Sequence record: DRR723986_9796
Length of the DNA stretch: 33,995 nucleotides
Strand: one strand, 5' to 3'
Shown: positions 18,692 to 29,305 of the stretch, one piece after another
Layout of the letters: each line of letters begins with the position of its first letter
How positions within the stretch are numbered: the first letter of the stretch is position 1
Position numbers and translations under genes: made by a program
Notes under the pieces: model-generated
What the model was told of the DNA's origin: nothing
Database searches by the model: none
Seen by the model: only the letters and a program-made list of their open reading frames with translations

Positions 18692-21600
18692 TTACCACTG
18701 GATCAACTCCTCTACATCAGCTTGCCCATCGACCAAACGCAGCGAAATTCTCAACTCATCGGAGCCAGCTACCTTAACAACTCTCGCACCAGACAGGTTA
18801 ATCTTGAATCGATCATCAACGCTGTACCAATCGCCTCCAAGTGAATCGATGCGCCGACCTGTGGCAGCGCGAAAGACGATGATTCCTTCATGCGAAGCGT
18901 TGGACTCAACCGTCAGCTTGCGACGGAAGCGAACGGTCACGTCGTCGTCAGCTTCAGGAATTAGAGAGTCGGTTACTGTGATACCCTGGAAGGAATACCG
19001 GAATGAAGGTCGTCCGCTTGAGTTCAGGCGATAACCCTTGAACGCGTATCCCAAGCTGCGAGCTTTCTCGTTTGGCCAGGAGGCATTCGGGTTTGGCAGG
19101 AGCGCAACGGGTACACTATTTTCAAGCTTCAGGATTTCGTCACCGAGAGGCCCTTGATTGCCGGGCCCCCGACCAAGCCAGTGCTTGCTGGCGTCAATGA
19201 ACGAACCCTTCCAAAGCAGTGTCAATGCCATAGTTTCAGCGTCCCAGGCAATGTTGCCTTGCTCGGGATAGCCGACTGCAATCGCCCGCGGGCTCAACCC
19301 ACTGATGAAGTTTCGATAAATCACCGGTCGAGTATCGGCCGTCAGCTCAATGGGCTCCTTGCCGACCCCCTCCGGCTTGCGAGCCTCTTCACCGTCAAGC
19401 AAGTATTGCCACATTGCTTCGACCTGCGTCGGTGGCTGCCCATCAAGGACGTCAGGTGCTGCGGACTTTCCATCTTTAAAGCTAGCTGGCATTCGCGTCC
19501 CAGGTCGATAGGCCTCTGGCGACAGGAGATAGCGATGGAACCAGTCTTTTCGGAGACGGCTTGTCATGCGCGTCATATCAATGGCTTGAATACCGGGCGT
19601 TGACTCTTTTCCAAAAACGTGGCACTTCACGCAAGACAGCCCTTTGCTTCCAACTAGCTGCCGCCCTGCGGCTTTAGCTTTACTCGCAGAAGCACTTAAA
19701 TGCACTTCGCCAACCTCGCTACGCTGATCCTGCGCCTGAAACGCCTTGCGCAAACCTTGAAGGTTGTTCGCCCCAAAGCCCGGCATCTTTACCAACATAT
19801 ATGGACGCTCATCGGCTCCCTTTTCAAGCACCGTGTCGATGTACTCGGCTTTGAGCTTGTCGCCGACGCCCGTCAGTGGTGGAGGCAACCTGCCTTCGTC
19901 TCCCATTTCCTTTACTGTTGTTCGGAAGACGAAATCACGTGTATCCTCTGGTCCTCCCACGCCATCGCGTGAGTGACAAGCGTAACAATTCATGGCGACC
20001 ATCGTATCGTGAACTTCAGACTTCGGTGCAGTCTCATTGTCACCTACTAGATCTTCAACGGCGGCCTCCAGAGCAACTTTCTGTGTAAAGGACAGCTCGT
20101 AATTGGGAGCTGCTGCAATGCTTCCTTCATCCATGCAACCCTTGGCAATGTTTGCACCGGCGAAGCTTGGCGCTTTTAATGTGGATGCCAGTTTTTCACC
20201 ACCTCGCTTGAAATCATGACACGAAGCACAACCGATTGACGTAAAGAGTTGCTCGCCTTCTCGAACTAGGTCTTGCTGTGGCTCAAACTGCGATTCGACC
20301 AACGGCTTTGGTTGCTTGCCCGGTGACAGCGTTACCAGCGCTTCCAGCGGAGTCCAGGACAGTCCACCACCGGCGACTTCTGCTTCCAGAACCTCTTCAC
20401 CGCCATTCTCGAAATACTCGACACGGACTCGATGTGGTCCGGCGGTCAGTTCTACCTTCCCCTCCTTTGTCGACTTCGGATGCACGCCGTCGTTCTCGAC
20501 AACAAGTTGGTCATCGACAATCAACCGACTTCCGTCATCACTGCTAATGCGGAATCGATATTCACCCGATTTGGGAGCAACGAAAATGGTTTCGAATGTA
20601 GCTCCAAACCCATTTCTTCGATCTCCGGCAAGGATATCAAGGCCGTACAAATCGACCGTTCTATAAGGCTCTAACTGAGAAAAATCTGGAAGTGTTTCCC
20701 AGCTTCCTTCGTAGAACGCCGCGCGAACGTTGATAGCTCGCTCACCCAAGATTGCATCTCTTAGCAAATAGGTAGCAAGATCATTGGCTTGTTCACTTGT
20801 GAATGCAAAGTTCGGCATTCGACCACTCGGCCGCACCGCGTGTGGATTCTCAAGAAAACCTGCCAGCGAATCGAGCGTGTATTTCGCGGCCAGGTCTCCG
20901 AGTGGAATTGTTGTAGCCGATGGCACAGTCGAACCATCTTGCGGGGCGTGGCAAGCCGTGCAACCAATCGAATGGAACAGGTCGTTGCCGCGACCAGCGG
21001 CCTTTGGATTACCCGCACGGTCAACTACAGACGAACCGGAAACCAAAAAATTAGCGATGGCCAGTGCAGCGTGCTCTCTCTCCTGGACGGGAAGCTTGCC
21101 CAGCAGGTCAGGCATCACCGTGCCTGGCTTCTCACCATGCGGATTCTTGATAAAAGCCACCAAGTAGTCCGGCCTGACTCGAGAACCAACATCGGTCAGA
21201 ACAGGAGCTTGCCTCGGATTCACTTCGCGAGGCGTCTGATGACAATTGGCACACCCAAGCTCACCGATTAACAAGTGCCCGCCGTCAACGCTCGGTTCAC
21301 TTGCTTGCGCATAAAATCGTTCAAAGCCAGGCACGATCGGTCGACGCGCCTCGCGCTGAATGTCCCGAGGCCTTACCCAGATGTTTCGATACGAGACGGG
21401 ATTCCCGTGATTCTGCAGATAAATTGGCCCCGGCTCGGGACCTTCCTTGATTGGAGCCGCAGTGGTGGAGTGGGGCAGTGCGACGTCCTGCTGAACAACA
21501 ACGCCATTGAGTCGGACGGTCAATCGCGCTTCAGCCGTTTTCTTGCCAGATTCATCGTATCGCGCCGCAGTAAAATCAGCGTCGTACGTCTGCCACTGTA

Positions 21601-22252
21601 GCGGTGGAAAGCACATGTTCAGGCTTGGATCGCTGATCGAGTAAATTCCTCCGGACTCATTCATCTTTCCTTCAAGGCCGAATGAATCGAGAACTTGAGT
21701 CTCGTATCGCCCTTGGTAGTAGACACCGCTGTTGCCGCGTTGTTGACCGCGTGCGGCGGGCTTGTATGGAGTCCGAAATTCCAGGTGCAGTGTAAAGTCC
21801 TGAAAAAGGTCTTTGCTTCGTGTGCCTTGCTGAAGCCAACCTTGATCGTTCATCTTGGCACCAGCCCAATGCTGATCCATAGATGCCTTCGATCCGTCGA
21901 ACAACACGACCGATCCGGCAGGGGGCTTCATGCCAAGTGTTGGGCTTTGGCGCTGGACCCGCGTCATTTTGTTCGCTTCAGCCAAATCAGCCACGTCCGC
22001 CGCATCGACGTCCATCCGCCGCGGGGGCGACTTGTCCCAGCCATCCCCAGGTAGACCACCAGAATAAACGACCGCCTCAAACTCGCCCTCACCGAGAGCA
22101 ATGACCTGCATCGCCCGCAGTGGCCCGCGATACTCGCCTTGAACGGCAAAATCTGGATCCTTGGCGGCATCCTGGGGAGTTGTATACGTTTGAGCCAGAG
22201 ATAGCTGAGGCGCGGCGAGTAAACAAAGAAGAAAGACGAACGTTCGTCGCAT
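18692..22252 (-). CDS. Secreted multidomain protein: DUF1080 (3-keto-disaccharide hydrolase-like) + PA14 + five c-type heme sites
   Basis: Sec signal. DUF1080 motifs [37 protein letters not shown] and [17 protein letters not shown]14 motif [15 protein letters not shown]...NDGVH...[13 protein letters not shown]. CxxCH at 21239-21253, 20948-20962, 20216-20230, 19973-19987 and 19619-19633. Confidence 0.9.
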   Translation of the reverse strand: MRRTFVFLLCLLAAPQLSLAQTYTTPQDAAKDPDFAVQGEYRGPLRAMQVIALGEGEFEAVVYSGGLPGDGWDKSPPRRMDVDAADVADLAEANKMTRVQRQSPTLGMKPPAGSVVLFDGSKASMDQHWAGAKMNDQGWLQQGTRSKDLFQDFTLHLEFRTPYKPAARGQQRGNSGVYYQGRYETQVLDSFGLEGKMNESGGIYSISDPSLNMCFPPLQWQTYDADFTAARYDESGKKTAEARLTVRLNGVVVQQDVALPHSTTAAPIKEGPEPGPIYLQNHGNPVSYRNIWVRPRDIQREARRPIVPGFERFYAQASEPSVDGGHLLIGELGCANCHQTPREVNPRQAPVLTDVGSRVRPDYLVAFIKNPHGEKPGTVMPDLLGKLPVQEREHAALAIANFLVSGSSVVDRAGNPKAAGRGNDLFHSIGCTACHAPQDGSTVPSATTIPLGDLAAKYTLDSLAGFLENPHAVRPSGRMPNFAFTSEQANDLATYLLRDAILGERAINVRAAFYEGSWETLPDFSQLEPYRTVDLYGLDILAGDRRNGFGATFETIFVAPKSGEYRFRISSDDGSRLIVDDQLVVENDGVHPKSTKEGKVELTAGPHRVRVEYFENGGEEVLEAEVAGGGLSWTPLEALVTLSPGKQPKPLVESQFEPQQDLVREGEQLFTSIGCASCHDFKRGGEKLASTLKAPSFAGANIAKGCMDEGSIAAAPNYELSFTQKVALEAAVEDLVGDNETAPKSEVHDTMVAMNCYACHSRDGVGGPEDTRDFVFRTTVKEMGDEGRLPPPLTGVGDKLKAEYIDTVLEKGADERPYMLVKMPGFGANNLQGLRKAFQAQDQRSEVGEVHLSASASKAKAAGRQLVGSKGLSCVKCHVFGKESTPGIQAIDMTRMTSRLRKDWFHRYLLSPEAYRPGTRMPASFKDGKSAAPDVLDGQPPTQVEAMWQYLLDGEEARKPEGVGKEPIELTADTRPVIYRNFISGLSPRAIAVGYPEQGNIAWDAETMALTLLWKGSFIDASKHWLGRGPGNQGPLGDEILKLENSVPVALLPNPNASWPNEKARSLGYAFKGYRLNSSGRPSFRYSFQGITVTDSLIPEADDDVTVRFRRKLTVESNASHEGIIVFRAATGRRIDSLGGDWYSVDDRFKINLSGARVVKVAGSDELRISLRLVDGQADVEELIQW

Positions 22253-22501
22253 GGCAAGATCTTTAAAGGCGGGAAATGTGCGGCGACAAGACTCTATCGC
22301 TTTCGCCTACGCAGCAGCACAGTTTAACCGCTCCCGACGCGCGTCGCCACTAAAGCGCCCGGATCCCAAGAGCACGTCCGAGTTTCACATTGGACGCTTG
22401 AGCCCGCCAGAGGTGCGGGCAGAGATGTGGGCTGAGTTTCCACGGAGACAGCCCCTGCAAATGCAGAGACTGCTCGTCTTTTGGATGCTCTGGATAGCTC
22501 G

Positions 22502-23467
22502 TTAGTTTGCGCCCTGCATAGCAGGGAACATTTCTCGAGCCATCTGAATGCCGGCTGGTCCGACCAGCACGACAAAGATGCCGGGGAAAATGAAGAGCAC
22601 GAGCGGGAAGATGAGCTTCACCGCCGTCTTGGCTGCTTTCTCTTCAGCGATCTGCTGACGCCGAGTCCGCATAGCATCACTTTGCACACGGAGAGCATTT
22701 GCGATACTGGAGCCAAACTTGTCTGCTTGGATCAAAATGGATGCAAGGGCACGTAAATCGTCGACACCAGTTCTCGCACCAAGATCCGTCAACACTTGAT
22801 TGCGAGCTCGACCCATCTGCAGGTGAAGATTACAGAGGCCAAACTCTTCAGCAAGAATTTTGTAACTCTTTTTCATCTCAGTAGACACGCGACGCATCGC
22901 CTGGTCCAAACCCAAACCTGCTTCAACGCAGACAACCATCAAATCGAGTGCGTCTGGCAAGCCCAGAAAGATCTGGTCCTTCCGACGCTTGACCAACTGC
23001 CCGAGAGCCAAAGTTGGCAAGTAGAATCCAACGGCTCCAACGACAAATGTACGAATGCCTGCGGTTGGGGTAAAACCGTACATCAACAACGAGATGCCAC
23101 CACCTAGCACCAAGAAACCGAGTGCGAACATGGCCCGAACAGCCAGGTAGGTTAGCGGTGCGGTTTCGCTGCGGAAGCCAGCCTCGACCAAGTCCTGGCG
23201 CAGCTTCCCCATTTCTTTTTCGTTGGTGGGCGTCAAAGGCTTTGCCAGGGCAGGGGAGGCCTTTTCCAGTACGCGCGAAATCGCTTCTGCTTTCTTCGCG
23301 TCGCGCTCGCTTGCCTTGCGGTGTGGATCGCTCATCTCGAGCAAGCGCTCTTCAGCGCGGCCCTTGCCGTCCATGAAGAAGCCAAGAACCACCCAGGCGA
23401 TGCACGCGATGGCAATGAAAATCGCAACCGGAACAATCAGTTGTGCAGAGATAAATGAGATCAACAC
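22502..23467 (-). CDS. tadC: Tad pilus assembly platform protein TadC (T2SS F family)
   Basis: LPDALDLMVVCVEAGLGLDQA, LIQADKFGSSIANALR, AEEKAAK and KLIFPLVLFIFP. GTG 23467, just after the tadB stop, is preferred over 23518. Confidence 0.9.
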   Translation of the reverse strand: MLISFISAQLIVPVAIFIAIACIAWVVLGFFMDGKGRAEERLLEMSDPHRKASERDAKKAEAISRVLEKASPALAKPLTPTNEKEMGKLRQDLVEAGFRSETAPLTYLAVRAMFALGFLVLGGGISLLMYGFTPTAGIRTFVVGAVGFYLPTLALGQLVKRRKDQIFLGLPDALDLMVVCVEAGLGLDQAMRRVSTEMKKSYKILAEEFGLCNLHLQMGRARNQVLTDLGARTGVDDLRALASILIQADKFGSSIANALRVQSDAMRTRRQQIAEEKAAKTAVKLIFPLVLFIFPGIFVVLVGPAGIQMAREMFPAMQGAN

Positions 23468-23471
23468 GACT

Positions 23472-24437
23472 CTAAACCTTGATTGTGATAATCTTGCGAA
23501 TAACCAACGCTCCAACAAGCTGCAGCACCAGTGCTGCTCCCATCAGCATCCGACCCGTCTCATCCTTGAATAGCACCATCGCATAGTCTGGATTGAGGTA
23601 CAGCATGGTGACAAACAGCGTCGGAGGCAGTGCGAGGAGCACGATTCCCGACAAGCGTCCTTCGCCAGTGAGGGCTTGGATTTGACCTGCGAGTTTGAAT
23701 CGCTCACGAATGAGCTTGCCGATCTTGTCCAGAATCTCCGCCAAGTCACCACCGGTCTGCCGCTGAAGCATGACCGCAGTCGCAAAGAAGCGCAAGTCCA
23801 TGTTCGGTACGCGGACGGTCATGTCATCCAGGGCCTCCTCGAGAGTGATCCCAAGGTTTTGCTCTTCAAATGCTCGCCCAAACTCTCGCGAAATCGGCTC
23901 TTGCATTTCGCTGGCGACCAGCCCCATTCCGGCAGCCAAACTGTGGCCGGCTCGCAAAGAACGACTAAGCAGCTCAAGTGCCTCAGGAAGCTGTTGGTTG
24001 AACTTCGACATCCGCTTCTTGCGCTTCATCAGCAGCCAAACCACGGGAATGATGCCAGTGGTGAGTGCGAAAATTGGAAGTGACCATTTGGGAACAGGAG
24101 TGACAAGGCAAATCGCTGCTCCTGCGGCCGCAGCGACAACGCAAATGGTTAGAAACTTGGACCCAGACATCGAAACGTCTGCTTGGTCCATGATGTTTCT
24201 AACGTTGCCAAACTTCTCGAGGATCTCATCAGCCAGCGAACGCGTATCGTCAAGCGAACTGCCAGTTAAGAGTGTGGCCGATTCGGGGTCTGCACCACCC
24301 TTTCGCTTCGCCCCAGTGAGAACGCTCAGACGATCTTCGGCGACAGCGTCCCCGGGAGCGCGAAAGGCCATGGCCGCAGCGCCCACGACGGCGGCTACGC
24401 CAACGCCAACTGAGATGATAAGGATGATTGTGATCAT
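23472..24437 (-). CDS. tadB: Tad pilus assembly platform protein TadB (T2SS F family)
   Basis: FNQQLPEALELLSRSLRAGHSL, EF...EQNLG, QRQTGGDLAEIL and ALTGEGRLSG. Lies between cpaF and tadC. Confidence 0.9.
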   Translation of the reverse strand: MITIILIISVGVGVAAVVGAAAMAFRAPGDAVAEDRLSVLTGAKRKGGADPESATLLTGSSLDDTRSLADEILEKFGNVRNIMDQADVSMSGSKFLTICVVAAAAGAAICLVTPVPKWSLPIFALTTGIIPVVWLLMKRKKRMSKFNQQLPEALELLSRSLRAGHSLAAGMGLVASEMQEPISREFGRAFEEQNLGITLEEALDDMTVRVPNMDLRFFATAVMLQRQTGGDLAEILDKIGKLIRERFKLAGQIQALTGEGRLSGIVLLALPPTLFVTMLYLNPDYAMVLFKDETGRMLMGAALVLQLVGALVIRKIITIKV

Positions 24438-24514
24438 GACGAAATTCTCGGCAACTCGTTCGTTCTACGAATCATGGCATTACACCAGATTAAACTCGCC
24501 CTAAATGGCAAGAC

Positions 24515-25837
24515 TTAGGCATCCATAATCCGACGCTCACGGAAGGCACTCGCGGGCAAGCGAACGCCGGCCGATTCTAGCCGGTGCATGAAGCCTGGCC
24601 GGACACCGGTGCATTCGAAATGCCCGTGTGCTTTGCCTTCTTCGTTGATGCCGTCCTGTTCAAATTTGTAAATATCTTGCATAACGACCGTCTCCTGCTC
24701 CATGCCGACGATCTCGGTGATGTGCGTCACCCGACGCGGACCACCCTGCAAGCGGTTTGCTTGAATGATGAGATTCACAGCACTTGAGATCTGTTGACGA
24801 ATCGCTTTGATCGGCAACTCAAATCCAGCCATCATGACCATCGTTTCTAGTCGAGCGACACCATCGCGAGGGTTGTTGGCGTGAATGGTTGTTAGAGAAC
24901 CGTCGTGACCAGTGTTCATCGCTTGAAGCATGTCAAGCGTTTCTCCACCACGACACTCACCGATGATGACGCGTTCAGGACGCATCCGGAGAGCATTCTT
25001 CACGAGGTCCGTCGCTGTGACCGCCCCGTTGCCTTCAATGTTGGCCGGGCGAGTTTCCAGTCGCACCACGTGGTCTTGTTGCAATTGCAGTTCAGCCGCA
25101 TCCTCGATCGTAATGATCCGTTGATCATTCGGGATAAAGCTACTGAGCGTGTTGAGGAGGGTCGTTTTACCAGAGCCGGTACCACCGCAAATAATCATGT
25201 TCAGGCGGGCTTTGATGCAGCCCTCTAGAAGCATCACCATCTCTGGTGTCAAAGCCTTGTAGTCGAGCAAGTCTTCGAGTTTGAGGGGATTGGATCCGAA
25301 ACGCCGAATCGAAACTGAGGCTCCATCAAGCGCCAAAGGTGGAATGATGGCGTTCACCCGCGAGCCGTCTTCCAATCGAGCGTCGACCATTGGGCAGGTT
25401 TCATCCACCCGACGACCGACTTTGGAGACGATACGATCAATGATCTGCATCAAGTGCGTGTTGTCGCGAAATTCAACTTTCGTCTTCTCAAGCTGACCAC
25501 GTCGCTCAACAAAGATATCCTTGGGACCGTTGATCATGATATCGCTGATCGACGCGTCCTTGAGCAGCAATTCCAGCGGCCCGAGACCAAAAGTTTCGTC
25601 GAGGACTTCGTCAATGATGCGGTCGCGTTCGCTACGGTTCAGCAACGCGTTCTCCGCGTCACACAAGTGCTCAACAACCAGACGAATTTCTCGTCGTAGT
25701 TGGTCACCTTGCATGTCGCCGACGCGATTCAAGTCAAGCTTATCAACCAGCTTGTTGTGAATCCGTCGCTTGACCGCTTCAAACTCTTCCGCCTTGGCTT
25801 GTTCTGGCGTGCGGAGAGGCTGATTGACTGTCTTCAT
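24515..25837 (-). CDS. cpaF: Tad/Flp pilus assembly ATPase CpaF/TadA
   Basis: [21 protein letters not shown], Walker [10 protein letters not shown], Asp box [24 protein letters not shown] and His box [16 protein letters not shown]. Confidence 0.95.
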   Translation of the reverse strand: MKTVNQPLRTPEQAKAEEFEAVKRRIHNKLVDKLDLNRVGDMQGDQLRREIRLVVEHLCDAENALLNRSERDRIIDEVLDETFGLGPLELLLKDASISDIMINGPKDIFVERRGQLEKTKVEFRDNTHLMQIIDRIVSKVGRRVDETCPMVDARLEDGSRVNAIIPPLALDGASVSIRRFGSNPLKLEDLLDYKALTPEMVMLLEGCIKARLNMIICGGTGSGKTTLLNTLSSFIPNDQRIITIEDAAELQLQQDHVVRLETRPANIEGNGAVTATDLVKNALRMRPERVIIGECRGGETLDMLQAMNTGHDGSLTTIHANNPRDGVARLETMVMMAGFELPIKAIRQQISSAVNLIIQANRLQGGPRRVTHITEIVGMEQETVVMQDIYKFEQDGINEEGKAHGHFECTGVRPGFMHRLESAGVRLPASAFRERRIMDA

Positions 25838-26144
25838 TCTGAATTCCTTTTTCCCCGTTGAGCAGCAGGTGGCTGCTTAATGAACAAAAACACGTCCCGG
25901 CGCAGTTGAGAGCGCAGGTCTGATTTCTGGACAGAGGCTAGATTCACTCGCCCCACCCAGCGAAGGGTTTGAGGCAGCCAAAGTGTGCGCACAATGCCAC
26001 CCTTGGAGAGAACTAGCTGAAGAAGCTTACAACACAGATAAGAGCGTGCTTGGCAGTCAGGCAAGGTTTGCGGCCCACACCAAACACCCACGCCGCAAAG
26101 CCATCACAAGCCGCACGACCGTCGCGCATGGGATGCTTAACATG

Positions 26145-26179
26145 GTGATTTGCGCCGTGATTCGCACCGTGCTTGGCCG
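26145..26179. repeat. Degenerate 12-bp tandem direct repeat upstream of cpaF
   Basis: GTGATTTGCGCC GTGATTCGCACC GTGCTTGGCCG in the 473-bp intergenic region. Confidence 0.3.
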
Positions 26180-26310
26180 ACTGCCGACGGATGCGACGAG
26201 TCGCCATGAGCCAGCGAAGCCCAGAGATCCAACGGAAGGCAAGTGCCCCAACGAAAGCTCGTAGGCCACTGAAGCCAAGAAGTCGTGTTGCTAGAGACTC
26301 AGGCGTCGCA

Positions 26311-27171
26311 CTAGGGTGACAGCGGTTTGGAATTCGCTTTGTTACTGGGAACAGTGTCACCGGGAACAGGAACTTTAACACTGGGAAACCGGGTCGCCAG
26401 ATAGACACGAGCGGTATCGTACATGTAACCGCTCGCCTTCCTTTTCAGGCTACTCTCGAGGTACTTCTTCGCCTGCTTGGATTCACCGATTGAATCATAG
26501 TACAGTGCGATGTAAAGATCTCCATAGAAGCGCGCTCGCTCGCGAGAGGGGCCAGGGCGAGTATTTGCGTCCGCAGCAGTCTGAACGTCTTCGGCATCGG
26601 CTTCACCCCTGTACATCTTCAAGATCGTCATCATCGGCTCGCGTGGGTCACCGCGGCTCGGAATCAAGGACTCTCTGGCCGCCTTGGCCCCCTTGCTCTT
26701 CGCAACGCAGAGAAAATACCAAGCCGTGTTTTCGACGTCATCCGGATTGACCTTGTGATGCGTTTCGAACTGCTCGGCACCAGCAACGAACTTTCCACAA
26801 GTGGCCAGAGCGATCCCACGTTGCCAATTCTCGGGCGCGATGTTGGGTGCCAATTCGACCGCGCGATCAAACGGCACCAAACTCTCCTTGGGAGCTCCAG
26901 CAAGATACAGAATCTCGGCCGAGCCCTGCTGCACGCGAAATGAATCACGGTCCAACTTGGCTGCTTGCCCGGCCAGCTCGATCGCTTCATCGTATTTTTG
27001 TTTCGAAAACGCACGACTGGCACTGGCCAAGACTTCGAAGGCACTTCGGCCTGACTGAGCCCCGGTGGCAGGGCTCGACTCCTGCGCCCATAATTTGCAC
27101 ACAGGCGACCACTCCACGACCGGAAGCATGAACAGCGCAAGTGTCGCAACTAGAAATCTGTTATCACGCAT
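26311..27171 (-). CDS. Exported TPR-repeat protein (NlpI-like)
   Basis: Hydrophobic N-terminus, TPR helices ([24 protein letters not shown]), [21 protein letters not shown] and [10 protein letters not shown]. Confidence 0.8.
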   Translation of the reverse strand: MRDNRFLVATLALFMLPVVEWSPVCKLWAQESSPATGAQSGRSAFEVLASASRAFSKQKYDEAIELAGQAAKLDRDSFRVQQGSAEILYLAGAPKESLVPFDRAVELAPNIAPENWQRGIALATCGKFVAGAEQFETHHKVNPDDVENTAWYFLCVAKSKGAKAARESLIPSRGDPREPMMTILKMYRGEADAEDVQTAADANTRPGPSRERARFYGDLYIALYYDSIGESKQAKKYLESSLKRKASGYMYDTARVYLATRFPSVKVPVPGDTVPSNKANSKPLSP

Positions 27172-27198
27172 GCCCAACCCCTTGCTGGAAAGATTCTC

Positions 27199-28590
27199 AT
27201 GGCCTCAAGCTTGAAAGCGTCTGGCGCAAAACCTGGCCGCACCCTTATCCGTGATTGTACGGTGGTTTTCCCCAGCGAAACAACTCAGGCCAACGTTTTA
27301 ATCTCAGATGGCAAGATTGAAGCGGTCGACGCGGCCCGCGATTCTGCGGCGGATGAAGTGATCGAAGCAGAAGGCCTGACGCTGATGCCGGGCGTCATCG
27401 ACGATCAAGTACACTTCCGTGAGCCTGGGGCAACCCACAAAGAAGACATCGAAACAGGCAGTATCGGTTGCGCAGCCGGTGGCATTACGACGTTTCTCGA
27501 AATGCCCAATACAAATCCACCAGCCACTAGCGATGCACCGCTTCGAGCGAAGTATGATCGAGGGGCGGCGGTCAGCCGAGTCAACTATGGATTCTATATC
27601 GGTGCAACGCCCAGCAATGTAGAAGAATTAAAAGCGGCTGCGTCCTACGCCCCAGGCATCAAAATCTTCATCGGTTCTAGCACTGGCGACCTGCTGGTCG
27701 ACGAGCAAGACGCACTTGAGCGGATCTTTGCTGAAACGACGCTGCCAATCTGCGCCCACTGCGAAGACGAAACCACAGTTCGGAACAACCAAAAACGCTT
27801 GGGTGAGAATTTAACGATTCATGACCACTCGCGTATCCGCGATCACGAAGCAGCCATCATTGCAACCAGACGGGCGATCGACCTGGCGACGCGTCACAAA
27901 CATCGCTTTCACGTATTGCACGTCAGCACGGCGGCTGAAGTGCCAGAGATTGTGGCAGCCCGCGATTCTGGCATGATAACCGCAGAGATCTGCCCTCACC
28001 ATTTGTTCTTCTCGATAGACGATTACGATCGGCTGGGAAGCCTGGTTCAGATGAACCCTTCCGTAAAGACGAAGGACGACAACCTGAAACTTTGGGACGC
28101 ACTGGTCGACGGCTCTGTCCAAGTCATCGCGACGGACCACGCGCCGCACCTGCTTGAGGAAAAAGAGAAAGACTATCCCGCATCGCCGAGTGGCTTGCCA
28201 GCAGTCCAGAATAGCCTTGCTTTGATACTCAACCAGGTTCACCTGGGCAAGTGTTCATTGAATCAAGTCGCCTCCTGGATGAGCGACGCGCCAGCACGGG
28301 TATGGGGAATGGTCGGCAAGGGCCGCATCGAAACGGGCTACGACGCCGACCTCGTCCTTGTCGATACGAATCTTACCAAGGAAGTTCGCAACGAAGAGCA
28401 ATTGACCCGTTGCGGCTACAGCCCCTGGGCTGGCGAGTCTTTAACGGGCTGGCCAGTTCGAACGATCGTTGGTGGAAAGACGGTCATGCTTGACGGCAAA
28501 GTCACTTCTGAGCCCAGCGGCACCGCCGTGCAATGCGACCACGCCCGCGGCGGCTTCTTCGCAACACCCGATGGCATCGGAACTGCATAG
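27199..28590 (+). CDS. pyrC: Dihydroorotase (amidohydrolase superfamily)
   Basis: [58 protein letters not shown] and G.DADLV. The substrate assignment rests on motifs only. Confidence 0.85.
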   Translation: MASSLKASGAKPGRTLIRDCTVVFPSETTQANVLISDGKIEAVDAARDSAADEVIEAEGLTLMPGVIDDQVHFREPGATHKEDIETGSIGCAAGGITTFLEMPNTNPPATSDAPLRAKYDRGAAVSRVNYGFYIGATPSNVEELKAAASYAPGIKIFIGSSTGDLLVDEQDALERIFAETTLPICAHCEDETTVRNNQKRLGENLTIHDHSRIRDHEAAIIATRRAIDLATRHKHRFHVLHVSTAAEVPEIVAARDSGMITAEICPHHLFFSIDDYDRLGSLVQMNPSVKTKDDNLKLWDALVDGSVQVIATDHAPHLLEEKEKDYPASPSGLPAVQNSLALILNQVHLGKCSLNQVASWMSDAPARVWGMVGKGRIETGYDADLVLVDTNLTKEVRNEEQLTRCGYSPWAGESLTGWPVRTIVGGKTVMLDGKVTSEPSGTAVQCDHARGGFFATPDGIGTA

Positions 28591-28662
28591 TACCACTGCA
28601 AGAATGCACTCAGTTTCTTTCACTCTCGAGACCAGCATTCGAATTTTGGGGAGTAATCAGTA

Positions 28663-29190
28663 GTGGATGCAAAGCAGTTGGTTTCCGCCCTCACATTGGC
28701 GCTCAAAGACGATCTTTCGGCGGCTTACAAGAGTTTCGCGGAGCGTTCTGAGACTCCAGTTGCTGCACTTGCTGTCTTTGCAGACGAGGCAGCCGAGGTA
28801 ATCTTCATACTTGCCGAATACTCCGCTGATGGGTTTACACGAACGCTTCATGAGGTTGACGAAACCTACCGCGGTGAAGAAGTCTGTGACCCTTACGATC
28901 GCCGACCTTATTTTTGCGACGCGATTCTAGAACGTCTTCATATGCTCAGCGAGTTTGAGCCCGAGGAACTTTCGCGTTTGATTATTCGAGGGCTGTCTGA
29001 TGGCGTTAAGCGATTTCATGACTCTGGAGTTTTCGCGCCCGCGCTCGGATGCGATGAGAAACTGCTCATGCTTTGGGTCCACGACACGATTGACTACGCA
29101 GGTGTTGTGATGGAATGCGTTGAATACTGCAATTCGACAAGTGTGTCTGAGTGGTTTGCGAAGCACTACTGCTATGCACAGGGGCGATGA
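28663..29190 (+). CDS. Acidic hypothetical protein (175 aa)
   Basis: GGGGAG ribosome-binding site upstream of GTG 28663. Fills the gap between pyrC and phoD; no recognisable motif. Confidence 0.6.
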   Translation: MDAKQLVSALTLALKDDLSAAYKSFAERSETPVAALAVFADEAAEVIFILAEYSADGFTRTLHEVDETYRGEEVCDPYDRRPYFCDAILERLHMLSEFEPEELSRLIIRGLSDGVKRFHDSGVFAPALGCDEKLLMLWVHDTIDYAGVVMECVEYCNSTSVSEWFAKHYCYAQGR

Positions 29191-29305
29191 AGGATCGGCC
29201 TTAGAACTGCTCCGTTCTGCGAACTCCCTCGCCTGCAACGCGACTTTCGATACACATTAGAATAGGGTTGAACTTCCGGACCTACCGAATGTGAGAAAGC
29301 ACGCC

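Noticed and set aside
23770..24504. 244-aa ORF antisense to tadB
   Set aside because: Shadow ORF with no recognisable features.
25834..26408. Small ORFs upstream of cpaF as possible Flp pilins
   Set aside because: None has the G|xxxxEY class III signal followed by a hydrophobic helix.
27400..27430. DDQVH instead of DxHxH in dihydroorotase, suggesting an inactive enzyme
   Set aside because: As I recall, the QVHFREPG variant occurs in a broad dihydroorotase subgroup, and the other active-site motifs are intact.
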